Virus record (IMG/VR): IMGVR_UViG_3300031555_001542
Span: 32,001 to 96,000 of that record
Reading direction: 5' to 3' (one strand)
Length of the DNA stretch: 64,000 nt
Source of the DNA: a virus
Taxonomy: Duplodnaviria; Caudoviricetes
The notes beneath the pieces were generated by a model, which worked only from the letters and a program-made list of their open reading frames with translations, was not told where the DNA came from and made no database searches. Both the position numbers and the translations under genes were made by a program. Positions 41,481-51,179 of the stretch are shown here, one piece after another (within the stretch, counting starts at the first letter, position 1; the number at the start of each line of letters is the position of its first letter).

Positions 41481-42446
41481 ATGTCTGAAAAAAGAATTAA
41501 TGGACGAATTGTGTTAAAACATGATGTTGAGTCCAATTGGAAACTTGCCATAGGATTTACTCCTATGACTGGCGAAATTATTATTTATGACGTAGATGAA
41601 AATTATTCATACGAGCGCCTAAAGATTGGCGATGGCGTTCATAATGTGAATGATTTACCGTTTGTTGATGATATTGTGGCACTTACAGGAACAGCAGAGA
41701 ATCCTGTAATTTTAGCCGATCTAGAATATGGTATGTATTCTTTGGACGGTAGATTCAAGCATTTTGAATCCGATGAAAATCTTGGAACGTACAAGAAGGC
41801 AATGATATTTGTTCAGGAAGTCATTGTCAATATGAAAAATATTTTTGTTTTTACTGGTAGTGGGTTAGTTAATTTTACATTAAACATTAAGACCAATGCA
41901 GTGATTCAAAGAAATTTTTTAAATGACGAATCAATTAATACCCTAAATATTGCTTCATTGACAACAGAAAACAAAACTATAACCGGAGCAATTAATGAAT
42001 TAAAGACTAATATGGGCACACAGTTCGAGCATGTGAATGGTCTTATAGGTGACAAATCTGTCTCTGAGCAAATTGCCGCTGCTAACATGATCCATGTTGG
42101 TCCAGATATGCCAACAGATCCTAATATTAAAGTGTGGATTAATACTGCCGAAGAAGGTACTGGAATTGTCCCTGTGCTTCCTAGAGTGTCTACTATTAGT
42201 TTGGATGCAAGCGCTTGGGTTGGCAGTTCTGCGCCATATTCTCAGGTTGTAACTATCAATACCGTAACTTCTGCTACAAAAGTTGAGTTGAATCCAACTG
42301 TTGCTCAGATTGTGAGTTTACAGAGTGAGGATATTGCATTGACTGCAGAAAACAATAATGGCGTTATTACTGTGTATTCATTTGGAGGAAAACCTTCTAC
42401 TGATATGACAATACAAGTAACACTGATGGAGGTGTCTTACGTATGA
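41481..42446 (+). CDS. fiber protein (Mtd_N-like)
   Basis: KHD...W..GEIIIY..KIGDG; TITGAINEL. Confidence 0.7.
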   Translation: MSEKRINGRIVLKHDVESNWKLAIGFTPMTGEIIIYDVDENYSYERLKIGDGVHNVNDLPFVDDIVALTGTAENPVILADLEYGMYSLDGRFKHFESDENLGTYKKAMIFVQEVIVNMKNIFVFTGSGLVNFTLNIKTNAVIQRNFLNDESINTLNIASLTTENKTITGAINELKTNMGTQFEHVNGLIGDKSVSEQIAAANMIHVGPDMPTDPNIKVWINTAEEGTGIVPVLPRVSTISLDASAWVGSSAPYSQVVTINTVTSATKVELNPTVAQIVSLQSEDIALTAENNNGVITVYSFGGKPSTDMTIQVTLMEVSYV

Positions 42447-42952
42447 GTATCTCTGGAAATTTAGTTGGTTCTTATAGCTCTTTGGGTAAGACTTTTATTC
42501 TTGTGGATGAAAAAGGCAATGAGATTACTGGTGTCTGCGTGGACAATCCTGTAGTGTTTACTGCGGGAGATAATGACGTTAGAGAAGGCATGGTTTATGC
42601 TGGTGATGGCGGTGTAAGAACCGGAACAAAGGATATTCCGATTTATAGAACTCATGCAGGAATATATATGATTATGCCAGGAGAAGATTTTTCTATTAAA
42701 CTTCCCAATTATGAACAGTACGATTATACAGTATTTCAGTGTATGATTACTTTAATGGACTCTACCAATGTATATAATAGTGTTAATACAAGTATGGTTG
42801 TATTAAATGACGGTGTTTATGAAGTGAGTTCTACGAATAAATTAGCAGATATCTCAAAAAATATTGCAACGCAATGTATTGATTTTAATATAAGAAATGA
42901 TAGTAATGATTGTTATATAGTTCATTACTTTACATATCGTGAGGAGGAATAA
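42443..42952 (+). CDS. hypothetical fiber-associated protein
   Basis: GGAGGTG RBS, coupled start. Confidence 0.65.
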   Translation: MSISGNLVGSYSSLGKTFILVDEKGNEITGVCVDNPVVFTAGDNDVREGMVYAGDGGVRTGTKDIPIYRTHAGIYMIMPGEDFSIKLPNYEQYDYTVFQCMITLMDSTNVYNSVNTSMVVLNDGVYEVSSTNKLADISKNIATQCIDFNIRNDSNDCYIVHYFTYREEE

Positions 42953-42954
42953 TT

Positions 42955-43194
42955 ATGGCAACAAATTATGCGTATTATTACGCTCGACTTGATTTAAACA
43001 CTGGCATGTGTCGTGGTTTAGATGACACTTCTAATTATATTTTAGATCCTGGGTATGTTCCAATTGAAACTTATGACTGGAACTATTTAATGAAATATTA
43101 TTATCCAATTCCTGAAACGGTAGAATCTTTCGATGATTTCCAAGGACAATGGTACAGCGATGCTGCCCACACAATTCCTTGGAGCCCCGCTTAA
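42955..43194 (+). CDS. hypothetical protein
   Basis: GAGGAGG RBS; 79 aa. Confidence 0.65.
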   Translation: MATNYAYYYARLDLNTGMCRGLDDTSNYILDPGYVPIETYDWNYLMKYYYPIPETVESFDDFQGQWYSDAAHTIPWSPA

Positions 43195-43210
43195 ACAATG
43201 CAAAATTAAA
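43195..43210 (+). promoter_or_regulatory. repeated motif, copy 6 (ACAATGCAAAATTAAA)
   Basis: Intergenic, 14/16 match. Confidence 0.45.
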
Positions 43211-43243
43211 ACAAAAAACAAAAGATAAAAGGAGGTTGCTTAC

Positions 43244-44368
43244 ATGGCAACAACATATGTACGCAACGCTAATGGTGAATTTGAACTAGTTGGTCCAGGT
43301 GGAGCAACCACCGACCCTACCCTATCACTAGCTGGAAAGCCTGCGGATGCTGCAGCGGTTGGCAGTGCGCTATCTAATTATGCAACAACAGCATCTGTTA
43401 ACACTCAGTTTGGCGCTTGTAGAGAAGACCTAGATGAGTTAATGTCTCGTTCACATAATATTTTTAGTAGTCTAACGGAAATTGGAATTACAACGTTTCC
43501 AACAACCATGAAAATTGTTTCTGAAAAGATGTCTGAAAATAGCATGGTAGTTATTGATACCCGTAAGGTAAATGGGTCTGGCACCGATTATGGTACCGAG
43601 ACTATTTCTGACTGGGGAAGTTCAGCAAACGGCATGGCATTAATCATGAAGGGTGTTACAACTGCTCGTGTTACTATGCTAATTTTATATGGTTCTAGTG
43701 AGTCAGATCATGGTGATTTTACTGTTGGCAATTATGCCGTAAACAATAATACTGTTAGCTGGACTTCATCAAGCGATTTTCTTGGTAAAAAAGTTGATAA
43801 GATTTCTAAGAAAGCTGCAGTTGACCTAAATACATTAACCGAATCTGGTTTATATTATGTCTCTGACGAAACTGCAGATTTACACTGCCCAATTGGATCA
43901 AATGGCCATATATTGGTTATGTCTGACGGTACCCGTGTGCGCCAGGTATTCTTTAGAGTTGGCACAATAGACTCTAATAATTTCCAGTGGTATTCACGCA
44001 GTCTTGGTTCAGACCTTACAGTTGGTGATAATGGCTGGAGTAAATGGTGGCTGTTGTCTGGAAGCGAAATTGCATGGCAAGGAACCGCAAAGCTAAATGC
44101 AGAAATCAACCTTGGTAGCCGCTATGGGTGCCAAGCATGGATAATTGCGGGTCAGCCAACTAAGACCGATACTTTCTCTACGATATATATCCCTCGTCAC
44201 TTTTTGACAACTGATCAGACCAAGTGGAAACTACAAATTGCAGATGAAACTGGCTATGTAAGTTTTTATTTTTATTACAAGACAAGTGATGATAATGTAT
44301 ATGCAAAAATTGTTTGGGTGTCCGACACAACTAATAGCGCATTAAGATATGCTTATCGTGTTAGCTAA
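43244..44368 (+). CDS. tail fiber with pyocin-knob-like domain
   Basis: DPTLS..G..ADA; DLNTLTESGLYYV...RQ...YSRS. Confidence 0.6.
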   Translation: MATTYVRNANGEFELVGPGGATTDPTLSLAGKPADAAAVGSALSNYATTASVNTQFGACREDLDELMSRSHNIFSSLTEIGITTFPTTMKIVSEKMSENSMVVIDTRKVNGSGTDYGTETISDWGSSANGMALIMKGVTTARVTMLILYGSSESDHGDFTVGNYAVNNNTVSWTSSSDFLGKKVDKISKKAAVDLNTLTESGLYYVSDETADLHCPIGSNGHILVMSDGTRVRQVFFRVGTIDSNNFQWYSRSLGSDLTVGDNGWSKWWLLSGSEIAWQGTAKLNAEINLGSRYGCQAWIIAGQPTKTDTFSTIYIPRHFLTTDQTKWKLQIADETGYVSFYFYYKTSDDNVYAKIVWVSDTTNSALRYAYRVS

Positions 44369-44379
44369 GGAGGGATAAT

Positions 44380-44754
44380 ATGCAGGTTATTTTAAATGAG
44401 CAAGGTTTTGTTGACGCTTATGCACTAATTGGAAGCTTCGGTTACGATGCAGCGACTGTTAATGAGCCTGAAAATATTGATGATTTTGAGAATAATTATC
44501 GCAGCTATTATCTTTCTGATGGCAATATTCTTGTGAAGAGTGACGATAAACAGAAAGAAATAGAAAATGAATGTGAAAATGCTATTTTGCGCTCTCAGCG
44601 TGAGAAGGATTGTTTCTCATATATTAATCGTGGTTATTTATGGTATAGCAAATTGACTAAGAAGCAGAAGGAAGAGTTAAGCTCTTGGTATCAAGCATGG
44701 CTTGACGTTACTGAAATCAAGGTTATTCCTGAGAAGCCTGAATGGTTAGTTTAA
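44380..44754 (+). CDS. tail fiber assembly/chaperone-like protein
   Basis: LR.QRE...WYQAWLDVT..PEKPEWL pattern. Confidence 0.55.
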   Translation: MQVILNEQGFVDAYALIGSFGYDAATVNEPENIDDFENNYRSYYLSDGNILVKSDDKQKEIENECENAILRSQREKDCFSYINRGYLWYSKLTKKQKEELSSWYQAWLDVTEIKVIPEKPEWLV

Positions 44755-44763
44755 TTTAATGTG

Positions 44764-44789
44764 GGTGCCCAGTTACCAGGGCACCTTTT
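44764..44789 (+). terminator. terminator-like hairpin
   Basis: GGTGCCC-8nt-GGGCACC-TTTT. Confidence 0.55.
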
Positions 44790-44816
44790 ATAAATTTATA
44801 TAAAAGAGGTGCTTAA

Positions 44817-47800
44817 ATGGATATTTTACAAGCGCTTAAGAAGACAGTTGAGTCCATTAAGGCATGGACAGATGAAAATAAAGTTTCAAAGGTCTCTGGC
44901 AAGGGGCTTTCTACAAATGATTACACCACTGCTGATAAAAATAAGGTCGCAAATATGGCAAATGACCTTGTTGTTATTGATAAGAAATTATATTTGGCAC
45001 AAGACGGTGTGCCTTTAGAGGCAACTGCTGTAACTCTTCCAAGTGGAGGATCAGGTGGAGGTAGTGGTGATGCGAGTGCAATTACACTCAAGAACTTATT
45101 AGACTCTAATACATTAACTGTGGCTGTTGGTGGTGAGGCAAATCTTGAATTTAGTTTTGCTTCTAGTGAAGACGATGGCAATGGTACTGCCTACATCTAT
45201 GTTGGTGACGTTTTAAAGAGCACTGCAACTATAGTTACTGGCGACAATAAACTTGATATTTCAAGATATATTGGCGAGGGTGCTAATGCAGTAAAGTTGG
45301 TATGTATGGATATATATAGTAATAGTAAGTCATTATCCTATACTATCAATGCTATTAACTTGAAAATTACATCAACTTTTGATGATTCACAAATATATCG
45401 TGGCGACATTAGTTTACGCTACATTCCTTATGGCGCAGTAGAAAAGACTATTCACTTTGTAATTGATGATGTTGATACTACAGATATTGTTAGCGAAACT
45501 GGTAAGCAGCAAACACATGTGATTCCTGCATTATATCATGGAACACACTTGTTAAAAATTTATGCCACAGCAGTTATTAATGGAATAGAGATTAAAAGTA
45601 ATGAATTGTTATTTGATCTTTTGTGCATCGAAGAAGGTGCAACTACACCAATGATTGCATCTGCATATAGCAAAACATCTGTAACTCAAGGTGAGTTAGT
45701 TGAAATTCCATTTATTGTTTATGACCCATCAAATATGAATGCAGAAATTACTTTGACAATATCACAAGGTGATGAAGTTTATCATACTGTTCCAAGAACA
45801 GTTGATAGAACTCGTCAAACATGGAGTACAAGAAATTATCCAGTTGGTCAGGCTACTTTTACAATTACATATGGAAATATCAATAAACATCATGAAATTA
45901 CTGTTATTAAAAGTGATATTGACGTTTCTGTAAAAAAAACAGATTTGGAATTCCAGCTTAAAGCAGCTGGTAAGTCTAACAGTGATAATGACCGTGATAC
46001 TTGGACTAGTGGTGATGTAACTACTACATTTGAGTATATTAACTGGGAGTCTACTGGTTGGGTCAATGATGAAAATGGTGATACGGCATTGAGATTATCT
46101 GGTGATGCAAAAGCCACAATTAATTTTATGCCATTTAAATCTGACGCAAGAACGACTGGCAGAACAATTGAAATGGAATTTGCCATTAGAGATGTTAATA
46201 ATAGAGATGCCGTTGCAATTTCTTGTTTGAGTGGTGGCATTGGTTTTACTGTTACTGCTGATACTGCGACATTGACAAGTGAACAGACAAAAATTAGTTG
46301 TAACTATACCGATGAAGAAAAGATTAGAGTTGCATTTGTTATTGAACCAAAATCTGAATATAGAATGATGAGTGTGTATTTAAATGGTGTTCTTTCTGGT
46401 GTAAAACAATATCCTGATACTGATAATATGCAGCAGAATCCTACTGTTAATATTACTGTAGGATCTCCATATTGTTCTGTTGACTTGTATACTATTAGAT
46501 CTTATAATGCGGCGCTTATTACATCTGAAGTTAGAGATAATTATATTGCTGATGTTGCAGATATTAGTGAAAAGTTAGCTCTATACGAGGATAATAACAT
46601 TTATGACGACTTTGGCAGCTTAAGCTTCTCTGCATTAAAGGATAAAATCCCCGTGTTAGTTATCACGGGCACTTTGCCAACTTACAAGGGAGACAAGAGA
46701 AAAGTTACTGTATCTTATACTGATCCATTAAATCCAAGTTTAAATTTTGAAGATTCTGCAAATATTGATGTTCAAGGTACTAGTTCAGCAGGTTATGTAC
46801 GAAAGAACTGGAAGATTAAAACATCGGAACCACATATCCTTGACTTAAATCAAGTTGAAACTAAAGTTCTATGTTGGAAAGTTGATTATGCAGAGGCGAC
46901 TGGTACACATAATACTGGTAATGCAAACTATGCTCATATTTTCTATGGAGATGTAAAGACACCGCCTCAAGAAGATGATGATAGAGTTAGAACCACAATT
47001 TATGGTAGGCCATGTGTTATTTTCCACAAGGCTGATAGTGGTTCTGAACCTGTATTTTATGGAAAGTCAAACTCTAACGTGGATAAGGGTGGCGAAGAGG
47101 TCTTTGGTTTTACTGAAGATTATCCAGATGCACAATGTGTTGAATTCTGTAATAACGATGCTGCCGCATGTAAGTTCCAAGGGCCAATTCCTGACGATTG
47201 GGGAGACGAATTTGAGTTCAGATATCCTGACGGACATAAAGATATTTCTTCTTTCAAAATAATGCATGATTGGGTTGTTAGCACTTGGCAAGATGGTGCT
47301 ACTGGTGATGTATTGGCAGATGTTTATATTGGATCAGACGGCAAAAGCTATACTAATGACACAGCAGAGTATAGACTTGCAAAGTTTAAAAAAGAGTTTG
47401 CCGAATATTTTGATTTTGACTTTATGTTGATTTATTACCTATACACTTTTGTAATTCTCATGGTTGACCAGAGAGCTAAAAATATGTTCCTAACTACTTG
47501 GGACAAAAAGCACTGGCAAGCATGGCTTTACGACAACGATACATGTTTAGGTATCAATAACGTTGGTGAGCTTGTTTTTGACTATTATCATGAAGATCAT
47601 GACACCGATGGAGATAAATATGTTTATAACGGTGCGGAAAGTGCATTGTGGGTAAACTTTAGAGAATCTTTTGCAGATGAAATTAAAGAATTATATGCAG
47701 AATGGCGTAAGCACGAAGGCAAGCCAGAAGATCTTGTATCTTATGATACGGTTAAAAGTCTGATGTCTTATGATAATATTATTGAATATTTTATTACTCG

Positions 47801-50540
47801 TCAGTCCGACAGATGGTCTATATCTGTATACAACGAAGACGCAGACTTTAAGTATATTAGTATGTTGCGCTCAGATAACAACTCAAGATATCTTTTCCAG
47901 GTTAGAGGTACTGGCGAAGAACACTTAAAATATTTTGCAAAGAACCGCTTAATGTATTGTGACTCAAAATGGAATGCTGGTTATTATCCTGACGATAGAA
48001 TTATACTGCGTCTTTATACGCCAGACGGCGATTTAGCAGTTACGCCAAATCACAATATAACTGTAACTCCATATTCTAATATTTATGCAGGCGTAAAATA
48101 TAATGCTAATGGTACATTGCAACAGCAGAGAGCAGAAAGAAATGAAGAGGTCACATTTAGACCATCTGCAGACTCTGAATTTGGTGATACTGATACATAT
48201 ATTTATGGCGCATCAGAGATGTCATCAATTGGAGATTTGTCTCCCATGTACTGTGGTTATGTAGATGTGTCAAAAGCTACTAAATTAACCGAACTTATTG
48301 TCGGATCTAATGTGGAAGGCTATACAAATACAAACCTTAAAACAGTTTCTGTAGGTACTAATAAATTACTGAAAAAAATTAATGTATGTAATTGTCCTAG
48401 TTTGATTGACCCACTAGCACTTACAAACTGCCCAAATATTCAGGAAATCTATGCAACTGGTTCTGGCATTACTGGTATTGAATTACCTCCTTCTGGTTAT
48501 TTAAAGAAGGTGTATCTACCTGGAACTTTAACAAACTTAACAGTTACTAATCAGCAATATATTGAAGAGTTTGAATTAGAGGGTTATGATAATCTAACCA
48601 CCCTTCGTATTGAAGATACTGTTAATGTGCCTGTCGAAGATATTATGCTTAATGCCCCGAATTTAAATCGTATTCGTCTAATTGATGTGCAATGGGAAGC
48701 AGAATCTGAGGATGCACTTGTACAAACAATTGAAAAATTTAAGTCATGTCTTGGTTTGGATGCAAATGGCAATAACACTGATAAAGCTATTGTTACTGGT
48801 AGAGTTCATGTTGCAGAGAAAGTTTCTGACGCAGTATTTGGCGACATCTATAATAGTTTCCCCGACCTCGTTGTTGATGATGGCAGTGAAGAAATTTATA
48901 TTGTAAACTACAAAGATCGTGATGGTAGAATACTGTATTCTACTAGAGTAGCTGAGGGTGCTTCCGCAATTGATCCAATTGAAGAGGGTTATATTGAAAA
49001 GCCAGAACCAATTGAAACAGACACGTATAAATATGAATTTATAGGCTGGAGTACATTACCTACTAACATCACAAGACACTATATTATTATTGCTCAATAT
49101 CATACAAAATTTGCAATTAAGTTCTTTTCAAATGAGAATGATAAAGAGCCATATTATAAGCAATGGTCTGTGCAGGGTGATGCTGCGGAAGATCCTGTTG
49201 CTGCCGGTGTAATTTCTGCGCCGACCAAAACTGGAACTAATGATATTAGTTATAAGTTCTCAAAGTGGGACAATCTACCAACAAACGTTCAAAAGTCTAT
49301 TAGTGTCTATGCACAATATGATACTTACTGGGCTGCAAGATTCTGGAATGATAAAACACTTTATCTAACAGAGTGGGTTATTGATGGTGGTGCAGTTATT
49401 GAGCCAAAGAATTATTTTGAAGACTATATTAACCCAACACGTGCAAGCACAGCTCAATATGACTATCACTTCTCTAAATGGGATGGAGACTTTGAAACAA
49501 CTATGACTGGTACTCGTGAATTCTATGCTACGTATTATAATACAATTCGTAAATACAATGTTTATTTTTATAATGAAGCAAGATTGCTATACACAGTAGA
49601 GAGTGTGCCTTATGGTAGCAGTGCGTCTTATAGTGGTCCAACTCCAACAAAGTATGGTGTTGAAGATCCAAGTGAATATGTATTTAAGGGGTGGTCTCCT
49701 CTACCAACGGAGATTACTGGAGAAACTAAATGTTATGCTTTATTTAAGTTTACAGGATATCTATTTGGCAAGCTTGGAAAGACAGATGGGGAAGATTATG
49801 GATATGGTACAGTTGATAATCCAAATTGGAGTACTATTAATGCTTATTGGGATGTAATTTCTGCTGATGTTGTTTCTTATAAGAATGGCATATTACATGA
49901 TGATGATTTTATGGCAAAATATCCTATTGGTGGTCGTATGATTATCCCTGTTACACTATCAGACGGTACTGTAACAGCAGATGTTGAAGTTGTTGGGTAT
50001 AATCATGATGACCTGTCTGATAATTCTGGAAAAGCTCCACTTACATTCTTCTGTGCAGATTTGCCACAAATTTTATACCGAATGAATCAAGAAAGTACTA
50101 ATGATGGTGGATGGGAAGCTAGTGCAATGCGTGAGTTTGTTAATGGAGATGTGTATAATGCGCTCCCAGACAATCTTAAAATGATTATTAAGCCAGTTTA
50201 TAAGTTTTCTGATGGTGGAAGGTCTAATTATACATTAGTCACGACAATTGATTGTTTGTGGTTAGCTTCTTGTGAGGAAGTTAATGCGGCACATCTTACT
50301 GGAGGGAACTTAGTAATTGGACAAGGAGAAGCATATGATTCTGTATTCTCAACAGTTAATTCTAGTCGTATAAAATATATTACAGATAAAGGTGTAGAGG
50401 GACGTTGGTGGCTACGTAGTTCTTATTGTGGTGACTATGGAGATAGCACATTGTTCTGGCGTCTTAGAAGCGATGGAGGCGGTATTCAAGTTGATCTCGC
50501 CTTTAATCTTAATTACGTCGCCTTTGGTTTTTGTATTTAA
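44817..50540 (+). CDS. 1907 aa CotH-kinase-like virion protein with LamG-like, LRR, B-repeat-like and DUF6273-like domains
   Basis: GKGLSTNDYT fiber start; QGTSSAGYVRKNWKI, VDQRAKN, LYDNDTCLG; WWLRS...FGFCI terminus. Confidence 0.8.
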   Translation: MDILQALKKTVESIKAWTDENKVSKVSGKGLSTNDYTTADKNKVANMANDLVVIDKKLYLAQDGVPLEATAVTLPSGGSGGGSGDASAITLKNLLDSNTLTVAVGGEANLEFSFASSEDDGNGTAYIYVGDVLKSTATIVTGDNKLDISRYIGEGANAVKLVCMDIYSNSKSLSYTINAINLKITSTFDDSQIYRGDISLRYIPYGAVEKTIHFVIDDVDTTDIVSETGKQQTHVIPALYHGTHLLKIYATAVINGIEIKSNELLFDLLCIEEGATTPMIASAYSKTSVTQGELVEIPFIVYDPSNMNAEITLTISQGDEVYHTVPRTVDRTRQTWSTRNYPVGQATFTITYGNINKHHEITVIKSDIDVSVKKTDLEFQLKAAGKSNSDNDRDTWTSGDVTTTFEYINWESTGWVNDENGDTALRLSGDAKATINFMPFKSDARTTGRTIEMEFAIRDVNNRDAVAISCLSGGIGFTVTADTATLTSEQTKISCNYTDEEKIRVAFVIEPKSEYRMMSVYLNGVLSGVKQYPDTDNMQQNPTVNITVGSPYCSVDLYTIRSYNAALITSEVRDNYIADVADISEKLALYEDNNIYDDFGSLSFSALKDKIPVLVITGTLPTYKGDKRKVTVSYTDPLNPSLNFEDSANIDVQGTSSAGYVRKNWKIKTSEPHILDLNQVETKVLCWKVDYAEATGTHNTGNANYAHIFYGDVKTPPQEDDDRVRTTIYGRPCVIFHKADSGSEPVFYGKSNSNVDKGGEEVFGFTEDYPDAQCVEFCNNDAAACKFQGPIPDDWGDEFEFRYPDGHKDISSFKIMHDWVVSTWQDGATGDVLADVYIGSDGKSYTNDTAEYRLAKFKKEFAEYFDFDFMLIYYLYTFVILMVDQRAKNMFLTTWDKKHWQAWLYDNDTCLGINNVGELVFDYYHEDHDTDGDKYVYNGAESALWVNFRESFADEIKELYAEWRKHEGKPEDLVSYDTVKSLMSYDNIIEYFITRQSDRWSISVYNEDADFKYISMLRSDNNSRYLFQVRGTGEEHLKYFAKNRLMYCDSKWNAGYYPDDRIILRLYTPDGDLAVTPNHNITVTPYSNIYAGVKYNANGTLQQQRAERNEEVTFRPSADSEFGDTDTYIYGASEMSSIGDLSPMYCGYVDVSKATKLTELIVGSNVEGYTNTNLKTVSVGTNKLLKKINVCNCPSLIDPLALTNCPNIQEIYATGSGITGIELPPSGYLKKVYLPGTLTNLTVTNQQYIEEFELEGYDNLTTLRIEDTVNVPVEDIMLNAPNLNRIRLIDVQWEAESEDALVQTIEKFKSCLGLDANGNNTDKAIVTGRVHVAEKVSDAVFGDIYNSFPDLVVDDGSEEIYIVNYKDRDGRILYSTRVAEGASAIDPIEEGYIEKPEPIETDTYKYEFIGWSTLPTNITRHYIIIAQYHTKFAIKFFSNENDKEPYYKQWSVQGDAAEDPVAAGVISAPTKTGTNDISYKFSKWDNLPTNVQKSISVYAQYDTYWAARFWNDKTLYLTEWVIDGGAVIEPKNYFEDYINPTRASTAQYDYHFSKWDGDFETTMTGTREFYATYYNTIRKYNVYFYNEARLLYTVESVPYGSSASYSGPTPTKYGVEDPSEYVFKGWSPLPTEITGETKCYALFKFTGYLFGKLGKTDGEDYGYGTVDNPNWSTINAYWDVISADVVSYKNGILHDDDFMAKYPIGGRMIIPVTLSDGTVTADVEVVGYNHDDLSDNSGKAPLTFFCADLPQILYRMNQESTNDGGWEASAMREFVNGDVYNALPDNLKMIIKPVYKFSDGGRSNYTLVTTIDCLWLASCEEVNAAHLTGGNLVIGQGEAYDSVFSTVNSSRIKYITDKGVEGRWWLRSSYCGDYGDSTLFWRLRSDGGGIQVDLAFNLNYVAFGFCI

Positions 50541-50575
50541 TATGGGTTCGCCTCTACCTTAAAAGAGGATAACAA

Positions 50576-50612
50576 AGCTGGGTGAGTTAATCTTGCCCAG
50601 CTATTATATTTT
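50576..50612 (+). terminator. hairpin after gene
   Basis: AGCTGGGTGAG-ttaat-CTTGCCCAGCT. Confidence 0.5.
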
Positions 50613-50617
50613 AGGGG

Positions 50618-51133
50618 GTGAGTCCAATGACAATCCAAGAAATAAAAGAACTATTATTTGGTAATGGTACTTTTTGGGCCTGTGTAATTTTTATAACGTT
50701 GTCTATGATTGAGGTTTCAAAAATTAAAATTAATCCATGGACAAGACTCGCAAGTTTTTTTGGTAATATCATTAACAGTGAAGTTATTAAGAAAATCGAT
50801 AATCTACAGAGCGAGGTAAATGGCGTCAAAAACGAGATCAATAATGTCACAAAAGAAGTGCAAGGTGTTAAACAAGACATGACTACATTTAGAGAAGAAG
50901 AGGATGAACGTAATGCAACTTCTTGCAGAACTCGCATCCTAAGATTTGGCGACGAGATTTTGCATGGAACTCCACATAGTAAAGAGCATTATGATCAAAT
51001 GCTTTTGGATATTTCTACGTATGAAAATTATTGTACAGATCATCCAAAATATATGAATAATGTTGCAGTTGCCACAATTGCTCATATAGAAAGAAAATAT
51101 CAAGAACACTTAGCAAATGATAGTTTCTTGTAA
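50618..51133 (+). CDS. membrane-anchored coiled-coil protein of the lysis module
   Basis: N-terminal TM, KIKINPW, heptad repeats; precedes the endolysin. Confidence 0.65.
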   Translation: MSPMTIQEIKELLFGNGTFWACVIFITLSMIEVSKIKINPWTRLASFFGNIINSEVIKKIDNLQSEVNGVKNEINNVTKEVQGVKQDMTTFREEEDERNATSCRTRILRFGDEILHGTPHSKEHYDQMLLDISTYENYCTDHPKYMNNVAVATIAHIERKYQEHLANDSFL

Positions 51134-51136
51134 TAA

Positions 51137-51152
51137 ACAATACAAAATTAAT
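51137..51152 (+). promoter_or_regulatory. repeated motif, copy 7 (exact)
   Basis: Intergenic, directly ahead of the endolysin. Confidence 0.6.
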
Positions 51153-51179
51153 ATTTGTTAAAATAAAGGAGGGCTTTAA

